Shown here in pieces: positions 27,653 to 41,002 of a stretch of 64,000 nt of DNA. The notes under the pieces were generated by a model. That model did not search any database and had not been told where the DNA came from. It was given only the letters and a program-made list of their open reading frames with translations. Position numbers and translations under genes: made by a program. Positions within the stretch are counted from its first letter, which is position 1. Every line of letters starts with the position of its first letter. Origin of the DNA: Octopus vulgaris (Eukaryota); contig OX597815.1 in the NCBI GenBank assembly GCA_951406725.2, positions 134,168,001-134,232,000 of the forward strand, written 5' to 3'.

Positions 27653-28140
27653 CATCATCATCATTGTCGTTTAATGTCCGCTTTCCATGCTGGCATGGGT
27701 TGGATGGTTTGACTGAGAACTGGCAAGCCAGGAGGCTGTACCAGGCTCCAATCTGATTTGGCAAGATTTCTACAGCTGGATGCCCTTCCTAATGCCAACC
27801 ACTCCAAGAGTGTAGTTGGTGCTTTTTACGTGCCACCAGCGAGGTGCCAGTCAGGCAGCACTTGCATTGGCCAGGCTCAAATGGTGCTTTTTACATGCCA
27901 CCAGCATGGGTGTTAGTCAAGCAGCACTGGCATCAGCCATGCTTGAATGGTGCTTTTCATGTGCCACTGACACAGGTGTCAGTTACGTGGTGCTGGTATC
28001 AGCCATGCTCAAATGGTGCTTATTTACATGCCACCAGCACAGGTACCAGTCAAGCAGCACTGGCATTAGCCACACTTGAATGGTGCCTTTGATGTGCTAC
28101 TGGCATGGGTGACAGTCAGGTGGCACTGGTATTAGCCAAT
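27651..28140 (-). mobile_element. RTE-LINE 3' UTR fragment with an internal ~65-bp tandem array
   Basis: (cat)n tail plus ccatgctggcatgggttgga.. end shared with 3463 and 52987; five units beginning tggtgc(t/c)tt. Confidence 0.75.
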
Positions 28141-28559
28141 ATATATATATATATATGAAGGAGACTTCCTTTGGTCACGAATGACCATGGGATTGCACCT
28201 ACAAAGCTACCCTCCAAGGCACAAGTCTGAGCAAGGTTGTTTATGGAAGACCAGCAATCGCCCATGCATACCAGCTTCCCCTCTCCACGCTACCAATGTT
28301 ATCCAAGGGAAAGGCAACGGCTGATGCAACTTGGCACCAGTGACGTCGCAACTCATTTCTACAGCTGAGTGAACTAGAGCAATGTGAAATAAAGTGTCTT
28401 GCTCAAGAACACAACACGCAACCCGGTCCAGGAATCAAACTCACAACCTCACGATCTTAAGCTCACGATCATAACTTAGTGGCTCAGCAAAAGAGTCCAA
28501 TAAAATAAGTATTAGGCTTTAAAAAAAAAAGTCCTGGCATCAATTTGTTCAGATATGAT

Positions 28560-28623
<64 letters not shown>

Positions 28624-29194
28624 TTTGTCTGTCTGTCAGTGTATTGCCCATAGTCAGGTTAATAAAACTTGATTGCTATGAAAACAAAGTTGGAATCTGG
28701 CACAGTAGGACAGTACTGTCTCTTCCTCCATTCCTTCACCTTATTGAACTTGGCACACCCACAAACTTACTGCTCTATATTCTAATGACAGGCAGCATAG
28801 AAAAAATATTCTCTAAAAATAGCAGCAGTAAATATTTGAAGAGTTGTGTCACATGTTTTGACAGGTTCTCTTGTTAGGAGGAATGTAGTGTATTACTTTT
28901 TAGAATTGGTGTCATCTGAAACAAATTAAATCAAACAATTGTTTTAGTTGAAGGGCTCAGAATTATTTCATACAGACATAGAGAAGCTTGACTGCTTGTA
29001 GCAAGATTTTAGTTTTTGAATTAGTTAACACTTGCACATTCAGTTGTGCTACTTTGGAAAGTCTGAGTTATTGTACCATCACAAGTCCCTTCAAAATTGG
29101 GTAATGTACTTAAAATATTTTATAGTCAAGGAATTTGATGTTTTATTTTTCAATCTCAGATTGTTTGCAAGCGTACAGCATATTTATATATATA

Positions 29195-29570
29195 TTGTGT
29201 GGTAAGTAGCTTGCTAACCAACCACATGGCTCTGGGTTCAGTCCCACTGCGTGGCACCTTGGGCAAGTGTCTTCTACTATAGCCTCAGGCCGACCAAAGC
29301 CTTGTGAGTGGATTTGGTAGACGGAAACTGGAAGAAGCCCGTCGTATATATATATGTATGTGTGTGTGTGTTTGTGTGTCTGTCCCCCTAGCATTGCTTG
29401 ACAAGCGATGCTGGTGTGTTTATGTCCCCTTTACTTAGTGGTTCGGCAAAAGAGACCGATAGAATAAGTACTGGGCTTACAAAGAATAAGTCCCGGGGTC
29501 GAGTTGCTCGAGTAAAGGTGGTGCTCCAGCATGGCCGCAGTCAAATGACTGAAACAAGTAAAAGAGTATA
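29195..29570 (+). mobile_element. tRNA-derived SINE family A, near full-length
   Basis: Head gtgtggtaagtagcttgctaaccaaccac.. to tail ..gactgaaacaagtaaaagag. Confidence 0.85.
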
Positions 29571-32505
29571 TATATTAGGAGTATGGAGTGTGGCAGAATT
29601 AATACAGCTGTAGATAAATGGCCTTTTGCTTTGTTATATATAATCCTCTACTTCCTGAGTTCAAATTTTGATAGGGTCTATTTTTCCCTTGTTCCTTCCA
29701 GCATTGATAAAATAAGTACCAGTAATGTAATTGTTTCATTCAACTACATTTCTGCACCCAAATTTGTGGTTTTATGCATCATGTGAGAAATAAATATTAT
29801 TTTAGAAATATGTATGTATGTATGCATGCATAACATTATTTTAACATACATATTCAGACTTGCATGGGCCAAAAATAAATAAATAAAATAAGTTCTTACA
29901 TCCACATATACTAGCATTGGAAAATAGATGCAAACTAATAAATATTCTCTAGCAGTAGATCTTGAGGTTTTTTAGCCATCTTAATTGAGTGAAGTACTTA
30001 TCTTGATAATGGATATATGTAATTTCTGTTATAATCCACAAAGATCAAGAGATCAATAAGCTCTGTGCTTATCGTGTGGGTGTAATCAATTGTCCCCCTC
30101 CCCCAAAATTTCAGGCCTTGTGCCTAGAATAGAAAAAAAAAATCCTTAAAGCAATGGATAAAATACCTGCAATATTTGTTCTGGCTCTTTACATTCTGGG
30201 TTCAAATCCCACTAAGGTTAACTTTGCTTTTCATCATTATGGAGTTGACAAAACAAGTACCATTTAAGTACTGGAGTTGACAAAACAAGGACCATTTAAG
30301 TACTGGAGTTGACATAATCAAGTGATCTTGTCCCCTCAGAAATTGCTGGCCTTGTGCCTAAATTGGAAACTGTTTTTATTTTTCATCTTTTACTTCTGTC
30401 AGTCATTAAATTGTGGCCATTCTGGGGGCACTGTCTTAAAGAACTTTTAATTGAATGAATTGACCCTAGTACTTATTATTTCTCTTTCTTTTTTTTTGGT
30501 CTTGCACTTATTCTATCAGTTACTTTTGCCAAACCACTAAGTTATGGGGACAACACTGGTTGTCAGTGTTTATAATAGAATAGTTTATAGTCAAAGATCT
30601 AACTTTAGAGCCTAAATATTAAATATTTACTCTTTTACCCTTTATCTATTTTCACTCAGTGAACTGTGGCCATGCTGCAGTACTACCTTGAAGGGTTTAG
30701 TTGAGCAAATTAAACTCAGTACATTTTTTTAACCTGTGTGTGTGTGTGTTGGGGGGATAGGGTAGGTGTGTGTGCACCTGTGTGTGTATGTGCATGCACA
30801 TGTACATAGACATGCATGGATGCACACATACACCTACCCTGTCCTCTCCTTCCCCTCCTTACATAAGGAACTACATCCATAAATCTTTGTGGGGTGACAA
30901 GTAAATCTCAACAGATTTGAAAGTGAACTGACCTTGGAAAAAAAGGCTGAACCCATAAGGAGGTCACAGATGGCCAGTGCACATACACTCGCAAACAAAC
31001 AGTCATTCTTCAGTTACTCTCACCCTTCCCTTCTCTTGTAAGCAACCACACATCAACATACACACAGACATAAGACTAATTCTCAGACAAACAGACATGA
31101 ATAGCAACAAAAGGACTTTGACAAACAAACAGCTGATTGATTGTTTAACCAATACATACATTAAACAAATTATTGGTTAGATATTTATCCAATTGACAAA
31201 CAACACAGAAGTGATACTGGACCAGTCCATGTGTCTATTATTATTGGTGTTATGACTCCCCCAAGATACAACAAGATTTGTTTCAACACACGAATCCACA
31301 TTAAGAATATTGCAAACCAAATATGAAAACAATATAATGTGAAAGTTAAGAGTAAAAGTATGACATTTCTAGCATAGCCCCTTGCTTGATCCAAGAATTA
31401 GATGTTCCCAACTGTCAGTCAGATAATCATGGAAAATCTGCAAGACTTTTTTCAGTTTCTGCTTACCAAATCTACTTACAAGGCTTTGGTCTGCCAAGGA
31501 TTAAAAGTAGAAGACACTTGTCCAAGGTGCTATACAGTGGGACTGAACCCAAGAACGTACAGTTGGGGGTGGGGGGCATGGTTTGATAGCTTGTTGATTG
31601 TTTGGATATACTTCTCTGACAGTTTATTATATCTGTCACCATACATACATTTTTACATTTTATTGTATACCTTGCTTGGTATATATGGCGTGGGGAGATG
31701 TGAAGAGTGTAGTTTATGAAAATAAATGATTTATTTGTTATTATGTCAATAATAATTTTGTGTATTTTCATTAGAAAGAAAACAAAAAAAAATGAAAAAA
31801 ATTTCAAAGTAAAAAGTTAGATGTTCACTAACATAAAAGTGTTGAAATTAGATAAATGTAGTCCTAACTGCCCTTCCATACATATCATTTTTATAAAAAG
31901 AAATAGATGAAAGCTAAGTTTGATGAGAGAGAATGTTCCTCTGCATGAGCCTGCTCTTTGTTCTATGATACAGACTTCCTGTTTTGCAGTGAGCTAAATT
32001 AAAATCTTCCATCAAAATTTCAAATAAGCTTTTATTCTAATCGCATAGCTTTATGACAGTTATTATATTAAATTCTTCGTTATTTTAAAAATTATTTTGA
32101 AAATATAAAATAATTTTAAAAATTATTTTATATATTTAACTGAAATATGATAACAAAATGGGTTAATCTTCAGACACCCACCTTTGACCTTAATTCGTTT
32201 TATCTGGTATTTTAGGTTTTGCATCCTATTTTTAGGGATGGAGGCATATCTTAGCATTTGAGGAATGATGTATCTTTTAAGTTTTATCTTTTCTTCTACT
32301 TGCTGCATAGTTTTCCATAGTTTTCTGATTTTTTTTTTCATTTAATGTTTTTTTAAGGATTGTAAAAGTTTACTTCAGGAGATAATTTGATAAATTTAAG
32401 TTTTATTTTAAATTATTCTGTTGATATTAGACATAAGTGCCAATTTTAGACCGAAAAGATACATGGATTTACTGATGGAATTCAAACCATGCAGCCCTGT
32501 TTTTT

Positions 32506-32576
32506 GGGCATATGGCATAGCGGTTAAGAACATGGGCTACTAACACCATGATTCCAAGTTCAATTCCAGGCAGTGA

Positions 32577-32618
<42 letters not shown>

Positions 32619-32770
32619 CAACAGCAACATTGAAAAATACCTTAGGAATGAGAACCCAAGTTCAAAATTTCCCTAAGACACCTGATGAAGGCTGGAGGGT
32701 ATATCAGCTGAAACGTCAAGTTAACAACAAACAAGATGAGGACAGATATCTGTCAATTGTAAATACTGTA
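32506..32770 (+). mobile_element. tRNA-headed SINE-like element with a 3' hammerhead-like motif
   Basis: A box tggcatagcggttaag, B box gttcaattcc, (AAT)n spacer, then CTGATGA (32682-88), GGCTG..CAGCT, GAAACGTC (32710-17). Confidence 0.65.
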
Positions 32771-33007
32771 TCTGCTTATAATGTTTGATATTATTTACAC
32801 TAATTTACAATTTTATACTTTTGTTTAAATGATATGAATTAACATGAATTTAAAGCAAATTTTATTGAATAAAAATCTGTTTTCAGTTGTGGAGTTTATA
32901 TTTTAACAATTTCTATATAAATATTGAAGAATCTTCATATATTGCAAAAAACAAGAAAATTAGAAATAAAACAAAAATGATTTGATTATGTATTTTTCTG
33001 CTTTCAG

Positions 33008-33175
33008 GGATCAAAGATTTACGGCAAAAAATTTCTGAAATATATTCCAATCCTTGGATGGATATGGTATTTCACAGAAAGTATATTTCTAGAGAGAAAT
33101 TGGGACCAAGACCAGAAAACTCTAGTTCGCGACATTCAAGAAATTGCTAGTTTCCCGCAAGATGTTTGTATTACC
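33008..33175 (+). CDS. AGPAT4: AGPAT3/4-like exon 3
   Basis: GSKIYGKKFLKYIPILGWIWYFTESIFLERNWDQDQKTL..CIT, containing motif II F..R; 168 nt, phase 0/0. Confidence 0.95.
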
Positions 33176-34148
33176 GTAAGTTGATTTTTCTGAGTTTTTA
33201 CATCTCAGTTTGCCTATTTTATTCCTGGAAAGATACAAAGCAGTGTGTGTGTGTGTGTCTGTGTGCATGTTTTCGCTCTTCATGAAGTGTGCTACTGGTA
33301 ACTTTTGTCCAATGAGTCCATTTAGAGTAAGCCAGCCAAAGACTTCACTGAGAGGAAATTGGACCCAGTAGGGTGTACTAATGAATCATTTTACAATTAT
33401 GCAGTTCCTTACCTCTCTCAGAAATGAACTGTAGTAACTTTATATGTACAGTCTCTATTTATAACTTACATAAGCTGAACTGTGAAAATTGTTTTCATCA
33501 TTAAAATCATGAAATAACAATGTGTCACTATACACTCATTTAGCCAGCCACACTTATATCCAGCCAGTCACAAAATTTTTAGATTGTTAATATATGACCT
33601 TTTATATGGATTTGTGTGTATTTGCCAACTTGTTGATATGGTTATGTGTTTGTGTGTGTATTTTCCAACCCACTTATAAAGTTATATGTTCACTTGTTAC
33701 TGGAGTTGTATGCAGACACTGTTAATTGCATATTTTTAAATCTTTCTATATGCCAACTTGGGTATATGGAATTTTAACGATATCTTTTGAATATTATTGG
33801 AATGTTTTATTAACTGAGTAGTTTCATCATCATTATTATTTAATGTCAATCTTCCATGATGGCATGGGTTGGATGGGTTGACAGGAACTGGTAAGAGAGA
33901 GGACTGTGCCAATCTTCGTCTACTTCAGCATGGATTTTACGGCTGGATACCCTTCCTAACCTTTCTAGCACAAACCACTTTACAGAATGGACTGGGTGCT
34001 TTTTATGTGGCACCAGAAGCCCTGTGCTTCTCAATACCATGTGAAGAAATTTGGTAGACAGAAACTGTAGGGAGTCTGTTGTATATGTGTGTGTGTATGC
34101 GCACGCATGTGTGTATGTATATATACACACATATATACATATATATAC

Positions 34149-34188
<40 letters not shown>

Positions 34189-34261
34189 TATACATATATA
34201 TATACATATATATATATACATATATATATATACATATATATATACATATATATATATACAT

Positions 34262-34329
<68 letters not shown>

Positions 34330-34330
<1 letters not shown>

Positions 34331-35312
34331 ATACAAAATGGGACAAGAACGCAAAACATTCAGAAGACGATACAAAAAACACGGGCAGGTCATTCAAAGC
34401 CTTCAATCTTCAATCAAGAACCGGATCATCCTCGCAATTTTGGCTGATTAATCTTGAGATTGCTCCAATCTGGCCAGCCTCAAGGAAAAACTAAGCTAAG
34501 CGCATTAGATTCCTTGGAAAAAAGCTTCGAATGTATACGAAACAAGAGCGGAAAAACGGACGATGTTACACGAATATGAATACAAAAATAATACGAAAAA
34601 ACAATAATAATAATAACAATAACAGGACATCACAACAGGCGTCTTTCGACTTAGACGAATTGAACTCAGCTGGCATGTTAGGAATCTGCCTTGGGGCAGA
34701 GAAAAAAAATGTTGATGTTACCACGACTGCTGCCAGACCCAAAAGGCCAGTAGTCAGCCAGTTGGTCACGTGTGAAGAGAAGAGAGAGGAAAAGAGGGAC
34801 AGAGGAATTAAGGAGGGGGAGAAGAGAGGGAAAAAGAGGAACAAGGAATTAAGTAGGAGGAGACAAGAGAGAGAGCAAGTAAAAGAAACAGGGGCAAAGT
34901 GAAGTCCAAAGAAATGTAGGAGAGGGGGGAGAGAGACAGTGTTGTAGAGTCGTACCAAGTTTAGAGAAATGTGTACTTACATATAACAAAGGGTACGTAC
35001 GCCGCTATATATGTATTATATATAAAATACAAAATGGGACAAGAACGCAAAACATTCAGAAGATGATACAAAAAACACGGACAGGTCATTCGAAGCCTTC
35101 AATCTTCAGTCAAGAACCGGATCATCCTCGCAATTTTGGCTGACTAATCTTGAGATTGCTCCAATCTGGCCAGCCCCAAGGAAAAACTAAGCTAAGCGCA
35201 TTAGATTCCTTGGAAAAAAGCTTCGACTGTATACGAAACAAGGACGGAAAAACGGACGATGTTACACGAATATGAATACAAAAATGATACGAAATACAAT
35301 AATAATAATAAT
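34330..35312 (-). mobile_element. Element with ~285-bp direct terminal repeats around a purine-rich core (pLTR/TRIM-like, non-autonomous)
   Basis: 34330-34615 and 35026-35312 are highly similar direct repeats 696 bp apart; no coding capacity. Confidence 0.6.
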
Positions 35313-35340
35313 ATACATATATATATATATATAGACACAT

Positions 35341-35392
<52 letters not shown>

Positions 35393-35394
35393 TT

Positions 35395-35800
35395 CTCTTT
35401 TCTCTTTTACTTGTTTCAGTCATTTGACTGCGGCCATGCTGGAGCACCGCCTTTAATCGAGCAACTCGACCCCGGGACTTATTCTTTTGTAAGCCCAGTA
35501 CTTATTCTATCGGTCTCTTTTGCCGAACCGCTAAGTGACGGGGACGAAAACACACCAGCATCGGTTGTCAAACAATGCTAGGGGGACAGACACAGACACA
35601 CAAACATACACGCACACACATATATATATACATATATACGACGGGCTTCTTTCAGTTTCCGTCTACCAAATCCACTCACAAGGCATTGGTCGGCCCGGGG
35701 CTATAGCAGAAGACACTTGCCCAAGGTGCCACGCAGTGGGACTGAACCCGGAACCATGTGGTTGGTTAGCAAGCTACTTACCACACAGCCACTCCTGCGC
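35395..35800 (-). mobile_element. tRNA-derived SINE family A, full-length, CpG intact
   Basis: Reverse-complement match to 29195-29570. Confidence 0.85.
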
Positions 35801-35861
35801 CTTATACATACATACATACATAAATACATACATACATAAATACATACATACATATATATAC

Positions 35862-35916
<55 letters not shown>

Positions 35917-37004
35917 ACTGCACATACTCAATGTATGTGTTTTGTTTGTTCACTGATTCACTGCAGTATAGCACCTGAGGGACAACTCTCTCATTGCACT
36001 GGGTGTTAAAACACCTGAAAGTCATAGACAGGTGTGACAACTCACCTCTAATACTGTCCAGATATGATGGATACTGATATTTCACTAATTTTGTGGCTTA
36101 TCAATATCAATTCAGTACCTGAATTGAACTAGGGATGAACCGAATTGCCAATCTATGACTATATATATATAGTGTAAAAAGTATTGCTGGCATGCCATGA
36201 CAATGTATCATCATCATCATCATCATCGTTTAGCGTCCGTTTTCCATGCTAGCATGGGTTACATATGATTAAATTCAACAACGAATTCAAAGCAGCTTTA
36301 ATGATGTAAATATTATTGAACATCTATATCTATATCTATCTATCTATCTGTATATATATATATTTATATATATATATGTGTGGAGGCGCAATGGCCCAGT
36401 GGTTAGGTCAGCAGACTTGCAGTCGGAGGATCGCAGTTTCCATTCTGTGACCGAGCGCTGTGTGTGAAAACACCTAAAAGCTCCACGAGGCTCTGGCAGG
36501 GGGTGGTGCAACCCCTATTGTACTCTTTCGCCCCAACTTTCTCTCACTCTCTCTTCCTGTTTTTGAGTAATGCTGCGATGGACTGGCATCCCGTCCAGCT
36601 GGGGGGAACACATACGCTACAGAAACCAGGCCCATGAGCCTGGCTAGGCTTGAAAAGGGCGCATAAATAATATATATATACTATAATCATCAGGGCGGTT
36701 TGACTGAAAAGTGGTAAGCTGGGGAGCTGCACCACGTTCCAATCTGATTTGACAATGTTTCTATGGCTGGATGCCCTTCCTAACATCAACCACTCCAAGA
36801 GTATGGTGGGTGCTTTTTATGTGCCACTAGCATAGGTGCCAGTTATGGAACACTGGCATCAGCACGGCTATGATTTTACTTGGCTTGACAGGTCTTCTCA
36901 AGCATGGTATATTGCCAAAAATCTCCTCACTTGTCTTTCTCCATGAGGGTCACAGTTTAAAAAGTGGTTTATATATATGCCACTGGCATATATATATATA
37001 TATA

Positions 37005-37207
37005 CTCTTTTACTTGTTTCAGTCATTTGACTGCGGCCATGCTGGAGCACCGCCTTTAGTCAAGCAAATCGACCCCACGACTTATTCTTTGTAAGCCTAG
37101 TACTTATTCTATCAGTCTCTTTTGCCGAACTGCTAAGTGACGGGGACGTAAACACACAAAAGCATCGGTTGTCAAGCAATGCTATGGGGACAAACACAGA
37201 CACACAA

Positions 37208-37264
<57 letters not shown>

Positions 37265-37430
37265 TACGACAGGCTTCTTTCAGTTTCCGTCTACCAAATC
37301 CACTCACAAGGCATTGGTCGGCCCGGGGCTATAGCAGAAGACACTTGCCCAAGATGCCACGCAGTGGGACTGAACCCGGAACCATGTGGTTGGTTAGCAA
37401 GCTACTTACCACACAGCCACTCCTGCGCCT
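37005..37430 (-). mobile_element. tRNA-derived SINE family A, full-length
   Basis: Nearly identical to 35395-35800. Confidence 0.85.
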
Positions 37431-39534
37431 ATATATATACACACACACATCCACATAAATATGTGTATGTATATGTGAATGTGCAAGTATGCTTATATTC
37501 CATGTTGTTATCACTTGATAGTAGAAGTGCAGATGTCAATATTCCTTAGTTGCATTGTAACTGGTTGCTCTTTCTTTGGAAAGCCAGTAGAATGATAAAA
37601 AAAAAAATCCTTTTCTTGAAAAGCAGGTAGGAGTTAGCAATAGAAAGAATATAACATTCTGCCTCAAATAACTCTTCATCCATCCTATTTCTCTGCTAGC
37701 ATGGAAAGACAAACTTTAAACAAATGAAAATTAGCTAATTTGTTTCACTAATTGAGTTGACCTAAATAAGCTCAAATAAATATTTCAAATGTTTCTATTG
37801 TTGCTGCAAGACATGTTTGTTGTAAACAAATGTATAAGATAGTAAAATTTGTTATTTAGCTACAGCAATAACTTTATGTGACTTCATAGTCAAGTTTTTC
37901 ATCAATTGCTCTGTGATGGCATAGATCTAAAGGACTTGTGTTTTTTTATGGTATCAGTCAGGAAGAAGCAATATACCCATTTCCTTCTCAATCTCTTCAA
38001 GGTTATTTAGGTTGATGTAATTGATGTTCTGCTTGAACTGCTGCAAATTAATGATTCTAAGGAAAAAAATTTGTGCAGGAAGGGGAATTTCAGAGAGTGG
38101 ATATCTAGGGAGGAAGAATTGGGATAGTGCTGAGCCTGGGCGGAGAGACAAGGAATGACATTGTTTATATTTGTCTTATTAATGGTTAGGATATTTTGAT
38201 AATAGCTAGACTACAGATAATACTGTCTTGAGTTCAAACCTTATTGATGTCATTACACCCTGGATGACATACTGTATTTGATGGCAGAAAAGACACATGG
38301 GCATATTAAATACACACCCAGTTTCAGCAGGGCATATTCAGGAAAGAAAAGTTTTAGTGCAGTGAAGCTTATGGGAGGCCCAACTTAACATATAGGATCT
38401 GCTTGTAATTATTTTGAGACTTTTTTTGGAGTAAAAAAAAGAAGTGTATCATACATGTCATCAAATATGGTACACTTTTCCCTTTTATTTCATAATTACA
38501 AAAATCCAAATTTGCAAAATTATTCTGATTATGTTACTATGGAAACATGTAAAATAATGAAAAACAAACCAAACTATACCATTATAATTATTGTCACAGT
38601 TGTCTTTATATATTGTCACATTTGAGTAGATACTTTCCTTCTTCTGGTTAAATGCCACTTCTAACACCCAATACTGGGTCTGATGTAGTTATTATAACAT
38701 TAACTAGAGAAGTTATCTTCTTGAACTTGGTCCTTCCTAGGCCATACAATTCTAGAATATTTCTCTACTGAGTGGCTGATGATGACCTACATACTTAGAA
38801 TGAAATTAATACATTACAATGGTTCAGAAGATGAGGAGAAATAGGGTTAAGGTAAAGAAGAATGAGGTATGTGTGTTTGTGATTGAAAACAAAATATACA
38901 AAAAGGAAGCAACCTATGATGTAGAGTAGAAAGAAGTGGTGGTGGTTGGGGTGAGGTGGATACTATGTGATCTGATGTAAGGTAGACAGGATTGTAAAAC
39001 ACTGTTGCTACAATTATGTCCCTAAACTTTTGGTAATTCAAATGACTTGTGTAGATTCTGTTTCATGTGCATTATTATCTGTAACAAGATTTGTGAGAAG
39101 TGTAACTAAAAAATGAGATTAGAATAAAGTGTTTGAAATTTATGATAGATTTAATTTTAGAGTTGTAAAAGTTAAAAATATCAGCTGACTCATTGGAAGA
39201 CAAAACTGGCTTACTCTATCTTTTTTTATTTCTTGTATATGTTTATCAATTTGTGTTACAAGATCCTTGATGTGAAATCATGTGTTGAAACAGATGTTGT
39301 ATTTCGGGATGGTCGTTTTTTTTTTTTTTTTTTGCCAAATAAACACACGCACTGTATATTTGTTCTTCACTTGATTATTACTGTTCTTATTTTAACTCAT
39401 GTCCATTGTCTGGAAATCTTTCATCATACATCTGTGACCCCTTCAGTACCACTTTTCGTTTTCGAGTGTGCTCTTACTCCACTTACTCCATTCTGCTCTT
39501 CTATGATGTTTATCCTTATGTGCACATGCATTTG

Positions 39535-39614
<80 letters not shown>

Positions 39615-40848
39615 CTTGTGTGTGTGTTATTGTTCTTAGCAGCGGTATGGCCTTCCCCTCAGCTCCATTCTCTCACCCTATTATCGCTGCTGCTGTCCTA
39701 GGACCCAAAAATTTGGTACAGTCCTGTATCTCTCTGTGTTTGTGTGTTCACCCACAGTGTTGCCATCATGGTAGTTGTTGTTGTTATTGCCATCATTGTC
39801 ACCTCCACTGTTGCTGTTGTTAGTCATGTTGTTGATATTGTTTGTGAAGTTATTGTTTGTGTGTGTATATGGGTTCGCTTTTTATGTTTGCATCCAAGCA
39901 CTTTATATAGACTTTTAAAATCTATTTCTTATATTTATCACAGGTTATGTGACAAATATATTTATTTTTACTTTTTATATTTATCTATCTCTATTTCTTA
40001 TATGTATCACAGGTAATGCATATATGTTTATTATGTGTGTATTACCCTGTTTGTATCTCTGTTTTATTATTATTTTTTTCTCTCTCTTTTCTCCTCTCTT
40101 CTATCTTTAGTCATGTGGTGTGGTGTGGTGGTGGGTGTGTGTATATGTATATGCATAAATAATGTAATATTACAGAGGGAGAGGAGGAGAGATAGAAAGA
40201 GTGTAGGAGAGGGGATCTGGGAATCCAGACTGTTATCTCAGTCGCTATTCTTGCAAACACTGTCTAACCAGATGGTTAATAAATTATCTCCAATAGAAAC
40301 ACTAGTTTCACAATGAAAATCCAGAATGTTACCTTTAGTTACAGTATAAATAAGTGAAGAATGGAGTTGTTGGTATCACATTTATTGTATGGTTTACAAT
40401 TGGTATTCATCTGTTCATTTGTTTTGACTAAATGACTGTCAGTCATTCATCATATGAAACTTCTATAATCATTATGACAGTATCAAAATGCTCTTCCATG
40501 TTTTCATGTATGTTATTTGTTATATTTGCCACTCATATATTACTGAAATCCATTCCTCTCTCTCTGTCTCTCTCTGTCTCTCTCTCTTTCGCTCTCTCTC
40601 TTTGCTTAAAGGAGGAGGGTGTGGACAGCCTCCTTCTCAGACTGATGGAATCAATGCAGTTAATGTTTGGTTTGGAATCTTACCTATGTGTATAGGTTTA
40701 AAATAACATGGATTTGTAAAGTTAATATGAATGTGCTGATGACCTAACTTGATAAATCACTTTTTACACTAGCTAAAATATTTCCTGATAAAAACTGTTT
40801 AACTTATTATTAGTTTCATGAACTTCTTTGTCTTGTTCCTCTCCATAG

Positions 40849-41002
40849 ATACTGTTGTTCTGTGAAGGTACTCGATTCACTGAGGAGAAACACAGGATCA
40901 GTATGGAAGTTGCTGAGAAAAAAGGTTTCCCCTATCTAAAGCACCACTTATTGCCCCGTACAAAAGGATTTGTGCTATCTCTTCAGGCAATGAAGGGCAA
41001 AA
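40849..41002 (+). CDS. AGPAT4: AGPAT3/4-like exon 4
   Basis: ILLFCEGTRFTEEKHRISMEVAEKKGFPYLKHHLLPRTKGF, containing motif III EGTR and LLPRTKGF. Confidence 0.95.
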
